From contig CAJXKN010000001.1 of assembly GCA_913055585.1 (NCBI GenBank), positions 1-42,125 of the forward strand: DNA of 42,125 bases, written 5' to 3'. Origin of the DNA: an uncultured Caldisericota bacterium (GTDB lineage Bacteria > Caldisericota > Caldisericia > Caldisericales > Caldisericaceae). Each line of letters starts with the position of its first letter. Position 1 is the stretch's first letter. The position numbers and the translations under genes are program-made. Shown here piece by piece: positions 13,456-20,894 of this stretch. The notes under the pieces are model-generated. The model did no database searches and had not been told where the DNA came from. It saw only the letters and a program-made list of their open reading frames with translations.

Positions 13456-13968
13456 TTATTTTTGCTTTTCTTTTGATAAATCAATTGCTATGTCGCCTGT
13501 TGCTCCTTTATAAATAAGAGTAAATCCTGTTTCCGTTTTAGGTACAGTAAATCCTATCCTTCCCTGTACTGTACTGCCTGTACTGCCTGGCTCTGAGTTA
13601 CTCACAAGGAATACCAGTTGCTGCGATTTTATTCCTCTGTCATTGTAATAAATGTTTCCATCTTTATCTTTCAATATGAAGTCGGTAGGCTTATAGAACT
13701 TCATCATATTTCCCTCATTCTTTACCTTTAAATCTATTACAATAGTCTTTTTGCTATTATCCTTCCCTGTATTTACATCATACGGAGAATTTACATACAC
13801 ATTTGTTACAAGCAAATCCGTATCATCTGGCAGTGTAGTTACTTCCATCACTTTTCCCTGCACTGTTTTTCTTTGGGAAGGTGTAGTAGGTACCGATGTT
13901 TTGCCGCAGCCAACAATAAACATTCCAGTAAAAGCTACAATCATTAATACAGTAATAATCTTTTTCAT
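13456..13968 (-). CDS. DUF4352-like lipoprotein
   Basis: Lipobox FIVGCGK. Beta-rich body with KVKNEGN...DFILKDKDGNIY...GRIGFTVPK, as in DUF4352 Ig-like lipoproteins. Lies 13 nt downstream of the ABC ATPase. Confidence 0.6.
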   Translation of the reverse strand: MKKIITVLMIVAFTGMFIVGCGKTSVPTTPSQRKTVQGKVMEVTTLPDDTDLLVTNVYVNSPYDVNTGKDNSKKTIVIDLKVKNEGNMMKFYKPTDFILKDKDGNIYYNDRGIKSQQLVFLVSNSEPGSTGSTVQGRIGFTVPKTETGFTLIYKGATGDIAIDLSKEKQK

Positions 13969-13981
13969 CTCTCCTCCTTAT

Positions 13982-14680
13982 CTAAATCTTTGAAAATGTT
14001 TTTAATTTTTCAATATTTGTTATTTGTCCGTCAAGCAGGTGTATAATCTTCTCCGCTCTCTCTGCAATGTGCCTCTCATGAGTTACAACAATAAGGGTGA
14101 TATTTTCTTTTTCATAGATTTCCTCAAACAGTTTCATTATCTCATCGCTTGATTTTGAATCAAGGTTTCCTGTAGGTTCATCTGCAAGGATAAGCTTCGG
14201 ATGGTTTACGAGAGCTCTTGCTATTGCAACTCTCTGTTCCTCTCCTCCTGATAGCTCTGAAGGATAATGCTCTGCACGTTCCTTTAGTCCTACTCTCTCC
14301 AATAATTCCATTGCTCTTTCTTTTCTCTTTGCTTCGTTTTTTATTCCGTCATAATACATAGGAAGAGCTACATTCTCCCAGGCTGTTAAGTCAGATATGA
14401 GATTGTATGCCTGAAATACAAAACCGATATACTTTCTTCTGAAACTTGATATTTCATTGTCATTCATTTGTGTAATGTCTTTTCCTTCAAACAGTACTTT
14501 GCCTTTTGTAGGGAAATCAAGAGAACCTATCACGTTGAGTAGCGTTGTTTTCCCTGCCCCAGACGGTGCCATAACAGAGATATGCTCCCTTTCATTTATT
14601 TCAAGGTTTATATCTCTCAATGCTACTATTTCTACACCTTTCTTTTCATAAACCTTCCATACGTTTTTTAGCTCTATCAT
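13982..14680 (-). CDS. ABC transporter ATP-binding protein (MacB/LolD/FtsE-like)
   Basis: Walker [10 protein letters not shown], signature [15 protein letters not shown], Walker [14 protein letters not shown]-loop VTHE. Confidence 0.9.
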   Translation of the reverse strand: MIELKNVWKVYEKKGVEIVALRDINLEINEREHISVMAPSGAGKTTLLNVIGSLDFPTKGKVLFEGKDITQMNDNEISSFRRKYIGFVFQAYNLISDLTAWENVALPMYYDGIKNEAKRKERAMELLERVGLKERAEHYPSELSGGEEQRVAIARALVNHPKLILADEPTGNLDSKSSDEIMKLFEEIYEKENITLIVVTHERHIAERAEKIIHLLDGQITNIEKLKTFSKI

Positions 14681-14704
14681 ATATGCCTCCTTTTATAATT
14701 ATAG

Positions 14705-15059
14705 AATTTTTATTCACTTCTTATTGCTTCAACTGGTTTTATGTGCGATGCAAAGAGAGCAGGAAGGAACGAGAAGATGAAACCCAATGCAAGAGAAACA
14801 AGAATAATAAGGATAAGGATATTAACAGGAATATAATAGTTCCATCCTTTTGTCTTTTCAATAATCAATGAAATGACAATACCTATGGGAATCCCCATAA
14901 CAAGTGCTATTATTGTTGTTATTAATCCGTTCATTGTAAACTCTTTTATTATTTCTCTACTTGTTGCACCTATTGCTTTCTTTATCCCTATCTCTCTTGT
15001 CCTTCTTATTACTTCAATGAAGAGCAGTGCTGAAAGAGAAAGGAAGGCAGAAAGAAGGG
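14705..15059. repeat. 355-bp perfect direct repeat, copy 1 (3' end of permease A plus 5 nt downstream)
   Basis: Base-for-base identical by eye to 17462-17816 (offset 2757 nt). Encodes an identical C-terminal ~116 aa (LLSAFLSLSALLFIEVIRRTREIG...VEAIRSE). Confidence 0.9.
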
Positions 15060-17328
15060 CAAGGAATATAAAGACAGAGAGCAGGGTGTATAGAGAAGTA
15101 GAAGTTCTTAGCAGGATATCTGAATATTTTTTAATGTCGTATATTTCTCCAGGATTTTTATTGGGATGTCTTTTATTTAAGAGTGCAAGTGCTTCATTTG
15201 CAAGTGTAAGTCTATCTTTAGGATTATTTGCTTTAATAAGAATAATGCCGCCTCCAAGAAAATCTGAAAGATTTCCCATCATCATACTCAAAGAAGGTGT
15301 TGAGCCTGAAGGAAAGAATATCGTTTCATCTATCAGGGGATTAGAAGGTGCAACAATACCAATTACAGTATAAGTTGATGGACCATGCAAACCTTTGCTT
15401 ATGTCATGAAATACCGCAACATTTCCCACATCTAAATGTGTTTTTTCTGCATATTTTGCACCGAGTACACAAACGTTTTTCCCTATATCCTTCTCTTCAA
15501 TAAATCTTCCTTTTGCCATCTTCAAACCATATATTGCAAGAGTTGTTGGAGTAGCACTGAGCTTCCTTACCCCTTTATCCACTTCAGGCCTTCTGCTTCT
15601 GAAATCTACTATACCTCTATCCCCTATAAGTTTCTTTACGGCAAGATAATCATCATACGTATAGCACGCATTGCCCAGTGCAAAATTATTCCCAGACTGC
15701 TTGTTTAAACTTAATAAAGGGAGATTAAAAGTAATGCGTATTATCTCAGGATACACTTCTTTATAAACTGAAACGGTTCTTTTAATGGAAGTCTCTCTTA
15801 AAACTGCAGGAAACAGTATCCCACTGATTGAAACTGCAATAATAGCTATAAGGATGACTTTTGTTATACTAAATCGGCTTCTATTTTCTGCTGTTTTTCC
15901 TGCTCGCATTCCTTCAGCAGGTGAAATTTGTACAATCCTTTTCAAGGAAAAATAAACTGATAAAAATGAAATTCCAACTGCTGCTACAATACCTGTGATT
16001 ATCGTCCTCCAACCAATATACAGAGAATGTGGTGTAAACATCATTGATAAGGGAATACCGACTGCACTCACACTTCCTGCAATGTTCATCTCTTTCAATG
16101 CAGGAGAAAGAATGAGGAGGATAATAAAAGCTATGGATAAAGATATAAGGGAAATAGGGATATATTTTTTAAGAAACTCATTGAACAGCATTCTCTTACT
16201 TTCTCCGATTGCTCTCTTAACAGAAATTTCTCGTTTCTTATTAATCAACTCAAGGACTAAAAAGCTTGCTGCAGTAAATATGGAAACAAAGATAAGGAAT
16301 ATTTCCGCATAAAGGATGTATTTAATCTTTTCTTGTCGTGATTTTATTGATAAAAAAGTAGATATATTTTCATCTATTGAGGTAATGATTGGCGAGACAT
16401 CCTTTCTTCCTTTTTCTCCTTTATTTTTCATCGCCTTTTTCAATACGGAGAGCGCTTCCCTATATTTGCCTTTCTCTGGAAGTACATAAAGAGTCTTTCC
16501 GAGCCAATACTCTCCTTTAGTAGTTTCGGTATTTATCTCCCATTTATGGAATTTAAATAACGGTGCAAAGTTCTTTGGAAGTGGAGCAAATGCTTCAATC
16601 TCTCCGAATGACGAGAGCAATACGTTGTTTGACAAAGGTTTCAATACACCTATAACGGTATATTTTTTTGTAGAATATATAGACCCTGCATTATTTATGT
16701 CGAAGTTTATTGTATCTGAAAAGGAAGTTCCCAGAATGGTTTTGCCAACAGGATTTTCATTGCCAAATGCTTCTTTACTTGCCCTATCCGTAAGTATCAA
16801 AGCATTTGGTGGTGGATTCTCAGGAAAATAACTTCCATATTCGAGTGGCATTTTTAAATCATTAAAGAATTTAGGAGATATAAACATCATAGGAGCTGCA
16901 GTATCTTTGATTTTTATGACCGGAAGAGAAGCAGTAAACGTATCAGCTACAAATGCATCTTTAATATATGGAGACTTTTCAAGTTTTTCTGCATCTTTCT
17001 CTGTTATATAGTTAATCTTATCCCAATCAGGCTGTTTAATGTTAATGTTATGCGGCTGGGAGCTTTCAGGCATCTTCTCTTCACTTATCGCTAATAAAAA
17101 TAACAAAGGGTCATTAATACTTTTTAAAATTTGAGAGTTAGAACTTTTCAAGTAAGGATTAGTAATTTCTGCAGTGAAAAATGGTTTGAACGGCAAACTG
17201 TTCATTTCTTTTTTAAGCTCCCTACTGTTCCCGTCAAGTACGGCCATAGAAAAGCCTAACGTAAAAAAGGAAAAAATGAGTACAACAACTATAATCAATG
17301 AAATGATGCCTTTAAGCTTCTTTGCCAT
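14710..17328 (-). CDS. FtsX/MacB-type ABC permease, paralog A (two FtsX 4-TM modules)
   Basis: 872 aa. N-terminal TM helix, large extracytoplasmic domains, and two copies of the RxREIG(I/V)(K/R)(K/R)A(I/L)G FtsX loop motif (KKREISVKRAIGESK, RRTREIGIKKAIGATS). Confidence 0.85.
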   Translation of the reverse strand: MAKKLKGIISLIIVVVLIFSFFTLGFSMAVLDGNSRELKKEMNSLPFKPFFTAEITNPYLKSSNSQILKSINDPLLFLLAISEEKMPESSQPHNINIKQPDWDKINYITEKDAEKLEKSPYIKDAFVADTFTASLPVIKIKDTAAPMMFISPKFFNDLKMPLEYGSYFPENPPPNALILTDRASKEAFGNENPVGKTILGTSFSDTINFDINNAGSIYSTKKYTVIGVLKPLSNNVLLSSFGEIEAFAPLPKNFAPLFKFHKWEINTETTKGEYWLGKTLYVLPEKGKYREALSVLKKAMKNKGEKGRKDVSPIITSIDENISTFLSIKSRQEKIKYILYAEIFLIFVSIFTAASFLVLELINKKREISVKRAIGESKRMLFNEFLKKYIPISLISLSIAFIILLILSPALKEMNIAGSVSAVGIPLSMMFTPHSLYIGWRTIITGIVAAVGISFLSVYFSLKRIVQISPAEGMRAGKTAENRSRFSITKVILIAIIAVSISGILFPAVLRETSIKRTVSVYKEVYPEIIRITFNLPLLSLNKQSGNNFALGNACYTYDDYLAVKKLIGDRGIVDFRSRRPEVDKGVRKLSATPTTLAIYGLKMAKGRFIEEKDIGKNVCVLGAKYAEKTHLDVGNVAVFHDISKGLHGPSTYTVIGIVAPSNPLIDETIFFPSGSTPSLSMMMGNLSDFLGGGIILIKANNPKDRLTLANEALALLNKRHPNKNPGEIYDIKKYSDILLRTSTSLYTLLSVFIFLALLSAFLSLSALLFIEVIRRTREIGIKKAIGATSREIIKEFTMNGLITTIIALVMGIPIGIVISLIIEKTKGWNYYIPVNILILIILVSLALGFIFSFLPALFASHIKPVEAIRSE

Positions 17329-17331
17329 ATT

Positions 17332-17417
17332 TTACATATCCTCCCTTTCATTTATTTCAAGGTTTATATTTCTTAATACCTGCACTCCTTTTCTTTTCTT
17401 TTCTTTTCATAAATCAT
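17332..17417 (-). pseudogene. decayed 5' stump of a second ABC ATPase gene
   Basis: 17341-17369 is identical to 14585-14613 (codons for NLEINERE of the intact ATPase). Flanks are alignable with an internal deletion and an AAAG-rich insertion. Reads M-I-Y-E-K-K..(shift)..[17 protein letters not shown] against [33 protein letters not shown]. Confidence 0.6.
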
Positions 17418-17461
17418 ATATACCTTTTTCTATAATTATATTCTGATAAAGTTTTTTGTCC

Positions 17462-17816
17462 AATTTTTATTCACTTCTTATTGCTTCAACTGGTTTTATG
17501 TGCGATGCAAAGAGAGCAGGAAGGAACGAGAAGATGAAACCCAATGCAAGAGAAACAAGAATAATAAGGATAAGGATATTAACAGGAATATAATAGTTCC
17601 ATCCTTTTGTCTTTTCAATAATCAATGAAATGACAATACCTATGGGAATCCCCATAACAAGTGCTATTATTGTTGTTATTAATCCGTTCATTGTAAACTC
17701 TTTTATTATTTCTCTACTTGTTGCACCTATTGCTTTCTTTATCCCTATCTCTCTTGTCCTTCTTATTACTTCAATGAAGAGCAGTGCTGAAAGAGAAAGG
17801 AAGGCAGAAAGAAGGG
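17462..17816. repeat. 355-bp perfect direct repeat, copy 2 (3' end of permease B)
   Basis: Identical to 14705-15059. Confidence 0.9.
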
Positions 17817-19710
17817 ATAAAAGTGTAAATATGGAGAGAATGATAAACATACCTACCCTTGCTTGATAGACAGAGTCTATTATCTCTTTTAAATTTGCTA
17901 TGCAAGGAGCATCTTTTCCGGGATGATACTGAATTAATATTTTCTTTGCTGTTTTTATTACATCACTATTACTATATCCATTGATTGCTTTCAAAAGGAT
18001 GAGGCCCTGACCTCCATATCTACCGCGGGGTGTATGCGATATTTCTGCAGCAGTTGCGCTTTTATTAAGTGGAATGTAAACAGTATGATTTACAAGAAAA
18101 TTGTTTCCTTGCACTATTCCTACCACAGTTCTTCCCGTAAATATACGTCCAATTTTTAATTTGTTTTTTTCTGCAAGAGCTTCCCCAACAGCACAAACAG
18201 ATTTATTAAAATCACTGTCATTAATGAATCTTCCTTCAACAACTTTGAAGCCGTATAATTCAGGGTACTGCTCTGTAGCCTGAGAAATACGTACAAAGGA
18301 TTTATCCCCCATTTTCCCATTACTCAAAGGGAAATCACACCTATATCCAATGAGAGCTTTTCCTTTGAGTTTCTCTTTCAATGTAAGGTAATCCTCATAG
18401 GTAATGTTCATAAAGTTTCTATAAGTATTATATGAGAGAAAAGTCGCAGGGACAAGCCGTACAATGCTTGGGTTTACTTCATCATACAGAGCAGTTATTT
18501 CTTTCTTCTGAATGTTTATGATAGAAAGAGATGCAAGGAACGTTGTAGAACATAGTGCAAGAATTACTATTAAAGCAATCCGGGAATTATGCTTGTACGT
18601 TGTTTTACTATCCTTGATTAAAAGCGCAGGAGGAGTTGCAAGCATCTTAGATACAGATAGCATAATTGAAAATACTATAAAGAGTAAAAGAAGTATGAAT
18701 GCAATAATAATTGCAGGAATGGAAAGTCTAAGGGGCAATATCTGGGAAAGCGTTGGAGCAATAACACCCGGAACAAAATATCCAAGTTTCGTATAGTTTT
18801 GTAAGTGAGGAAGAGATATCTTAATAATTATTACAGCAACTACAAATGCAGCAATGTAATATTTAAATACATCTGCTACTTTATTAAAAGCAATGCTTTT
18901 AATAGTTTTTCCAAGTGCTCTTTTAATGCCTATCTCTTTTTTCCTTAATCTAATCTCAAGAATAAGAAACTCAATCAGAGTAAATAAAGCTGTGATAACG
19001 GTAAGTATAGATATCAAAAGCAGAGTTTTTATTCTGTTATAGCGCGTTTGTGCGCCAATTGTGTATTTCATTAAATTTGAAAGGGAAGATACAAGATAAG
19101 GATAATCTTTTCCTAAAATTTTCTTTATCCCTTTGATTAAACTATTGTAGTAACCCTGTTTGGGAATGATTAACAAATTATTGAAAAATGGAGAATTGAG
19201 GGTAGCAAAATTACTCTTATGCCGTAGGGTGGGATTGTACGGTATGATGAAACCATAAAAAGTAATGAACGGCAGAGAAATCATATATTTAGGGTCTGTA
19301 ACTTCTTTGCTCAAAACTCCTATAACTCTGTACTTTACTGACTTACCTGATTCGGTGTAAACTGTAATTGTTTTTCCAATCGAATTAGACGTACCAAAAA
19401 TTGCATTGCTCATATTACTTGAAAGTATGCAACTGTTCCACTTGTCAGATTTATTGAAGTATCTCCCGTAAGCAAGGGATGGATGCAAAGCATTGAGAAA
19501 ATTGGCAGGCAAAGGCGACGCTTGAAATTTTTGACCGTTTACTTTTGTATACCAATCAAACTGAGGATCTAATACTACATTATACCAATAAGCAGCTTTT
19601 ATACCGTTTAGCTTTTCAATTTCCTTTATTTCTTTGTCTGTTAAGGTAGCTTCTACAGCCTTCCCTTTTGTTAGAGGCTCAGGAGGCGGAGTATATGTCT
19701 CTTCTGCCAA
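17467..19710 (-). CDS. FtsX/MacB-type ABC permease, paralog B (body; N-terminal TM anchor is in a separate frame)
   Basis: 747 aa with two FtsX modules (RKKEIGIKRALGKT; RRTREIGIKKAIGATS). The ORF track starts at a TTG with no N-terminal TM helix. The frame stays open upstream to 19803. Confidence 0.75.
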   Translation of the reverse strand: MAEETYTPPPEPLTKGKAVEATLTDKEIKEIEKLNGIKAAYWYNVVLDPQFDWYTKVNGQKFQASPLPANFLNALHPSLAYGRYFNKSDKWNSCILSSNMSNAIFGTSNSIGKTITVYTESGKSVKYRVIGVLSKEVTDPKYMISLPFITFYGFIIPYNPTLRHKSNFATLNSPFFNNLLIIPKQGYYNSLIKGIKKILGKDYPYLVSSLSNLMKYTIGAQTRYNRIKTLLLISILTVITALFTLIEFLILEIRLRKKEIGIKRALGKTIKSIAFNKVADVFKYYIAAFVVAVIIIKISLPHLQNYTKLGYFVPGVIAPTLSQILPLRLSIPAIIIAFILLLLFIVFSIMLSVSKMLATPPALLIKDSKTTYKHNSRIALIVILALCSTTFLASLSIINIQKKEITALYDEVNPSIVRLVPATFLSYNTYRNFMNITYEDYLTLKEKLKGKALIGYRCDFPLSNGKMGDKSFVRISQATEQYPELYGFKVVEGRFINDSDFNKSVCAVGEALAEKNKLKIGRIFTGRTVVGIVQGNNFLVNHTVYIPLNKSATAAEISHTPRGRYGGQGLILLKAINGYSNSDVIKTAKKILIQYHPGKDAPCIANLKEIIDSVYQARVGMFIILSIFTLLSLLSAFLSLSALLFIEVIRRTREIGIKKAIGATSREIIKEFTMNGLITTIIALVMGIPIGIVISLIIEKTKGWNYYIPVNILILIILVSLALGFIFSFLPALFASHIKPVEAIRSE

Positions 19711-19780
19711 TCCTAAAACTGTTGTATCAATTTTGTTCCCTTGCTTGCCAGATTTTTTTAAATAAGCAGAATGAAAAGAT

Positions 19781-19972
19781 TCATTCCCCCTCTGTAAAAT
19801 GACTTATTGAGATGAAATTTGATATAGGGGCATCATAAATGTATGCTTGCAGCTCATTTTCAAGGCTGAAATATTGAGCTAAAGTAAAAATTATAGCAAT
19901 AGATGATAGAATAAGAATCAAAAACACAATAATGCTTCTATATTTCTTTTTCATACCTGTCTCCTGAGTCAT
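19781..19972 (-). CDS. N-terminal TM-anchor fragment of permease B (split by a frameshift)
   Basis: 63 aa. KKKYRSIIVFLILILSSIAIIFTL resembles the N-terminal anchor of paralog A. It ends 23 nt inside the open upstream extension of the 747-aa frame. Confidence 0.5.
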   Translation of the reverse strand: MTQETGMKKKYRSIIVFLILILSSIAIIFTLAQYFSLENELQAYIYDAPISNFISISHFTEGE

Positions 19973-20085
19973 TGTAAATCAAATAACTAAAAAATCAACA
20001 ACCTGCCGTGCAGGAACCCACTGCAGATCCATCATAACTTCCCCCCATAAGAAGGGAACCCTTACATAGATTTAGATTATATTGC

Positions 20086-20101
20086 TTGCATTGTAATGCA
20101 A
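20086..20101. promoter_or_regulatory. 16-bp perfect palindrome TTGCATT-GT-AATGCAA (candidate operator)
   Basis: Perfect 7-bp inverted repeat with a 2-bp spacer. It overlaps the -35 of the plus-strand promoter and lies between divergent operons. Confidence 0.4.
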
Positions 20102-20119
20102 TCGGATATATGATATAAT
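20091..20119 (+). promoter_or_regulatory. sigma70-like promoter (TTGTAA-17-TATAAT with TGn extension) for the DUF59-NifX gene
   Basis: Reads ttgtaa tgcaatcggatatatga tataat, with TG at 20111-20112. Confidence 0.5.
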
Positions 20120-20147
20120 CATCTTAAAAATTAGAGAAGAGGTGCAT

Positions 20148-20771
20148 ATGAGCTTAAAAGAGGATATCTTAAACGCATTAAAAAAAGTAGAAGACCCGGA
20201 AGTGAAGACGGATGTTGTGTCTCTGAAGCTTGTGTATGATTTTGATATTGATGAGAAAAACGGCATTGTAAAATTCAAGTTTATGCCTACCGTTCCGAAT
20301 TGTCCTATAGGTATACAGCTTGCAATGATGGTAAGAGGTGCAGTAAAAGAAGTACCTGGAGTAAAAAAAGTAAAGCTCAGAGTAGAAAACTTTATATATA
20401 AAGATCAACTTAACACGTATCTTGAAGAGATAGAGAAAGAAGAGGAAGAGAATGAATACATTGCTATTACTGTAGATAAAAGCGGTGTATTATGGGATGA
20501 TTATTTTGACAAAGCGGATTACTTTATGATTTACACAAAGTACGGCAATTTTATCTCTGCAAGGGAAAATACTTTAGCAAAAGAAAGTAACATAGATAAT
20601 ATTGCAAAAATTGCAAGTTTCCTATCCGACGTGAAGGTTTTAATATGCAAGAAAATAGATGAAGAGACAAAAGAAAAACTTAAAAGTCATTATGGAATAA
20701 AAGTTTTTATCACAACAAAAGCTTCGCAAAAAGATGCTCTTGCAGAGTACTTCTCTAATAAAAATGTATAA
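20148..20771 (+). CDS. DUF59 (MIP18/SufT-like Fe-S assembly) domain fused to a NifB/NifX-like (dinitrogenase FeMo-cofactor-binding family) domain
   Basis: N-terminal half: ILNALKKVEDPEVKTDVVSLKLVY...PTVPNCPIGIQL (DUF59 pattern). Acidic linker EEIEKEEEENE. C-terminal half: IAITVDKSG...DKADYFMIY...VKVLICKKIDEETKEKLKSHYGIKVF (NifX/NifB-C fold pattern). The start may instead be GTG 20142. Confidence 0.65.
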   Translation: MSLKEDILNALKKVEDPEVKTDVVSLKLVYDFDIDEKNGIVKFKFMPTVPNCPIGIQLAMMVRGAVKEVPGVKKVKLRVENFIYKDQLNTYLEEIEKEEEENEYIAITVDKSGVLWDDYFDKADYFMIYTKYGNFISARENTLAKESNIDNIAKIASFLSDVKVLICKKIDEETKEKLKSHYGIKVFITTKASQKDALAEYFSNKNV

Positions 20772-20833
20772 GCTTCTCTTGCTTAATTTGGTTGCCAATT
20801 CATTCATTTTTTGATTTTGATTCAATTAGCAGT

Positions 20834-20862
20834 CTTGCACAAATTGAGCAATCTTTATATAC
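20834..20862 (+). promoter_or_regulatory. sigma70-like promoter (TTGCAC-17-TATACT)
   Basis: Reads ttgcac aaattgagcaatcttta tatact, 32 nt upstream of ATG 20895, which has the SD AAAGGAG. Confidence 0.5.
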
Positions 20863-20894
20863 TATCTAAAAAATTAAAAATAAAAGGAGATACG

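Noticed and set aside
14873-15373. Plus-strand 166-aa ORF (and its twin 17630..17866) beginning MTIPMGIPITSAII
   Set aside because: It is antisense to the permease 3' ends. The two copies are identical only because they lie in the 355-bp repeat, which is not evidence of coding.
14705-17816. Whether the repeated 355-bp blocks are IS ends, a CRISPR-like array or a composite transposon
   Set aside because: There are only two copies, in direct orientation, entirely explained as the homologous 3' ends of paralogous permease genes. No transposase, spacers or inverted termini are present.
20811-20894. ORF-track N-terminal extension (MILIQLAVLHK...) of the TPR-CofE gene
   Set aside because: The extension contains a TTGCAC-17-TATACT promoter (20834-62). 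A strong AAAGGAG SD precedes the in-frame ATG at 20895.
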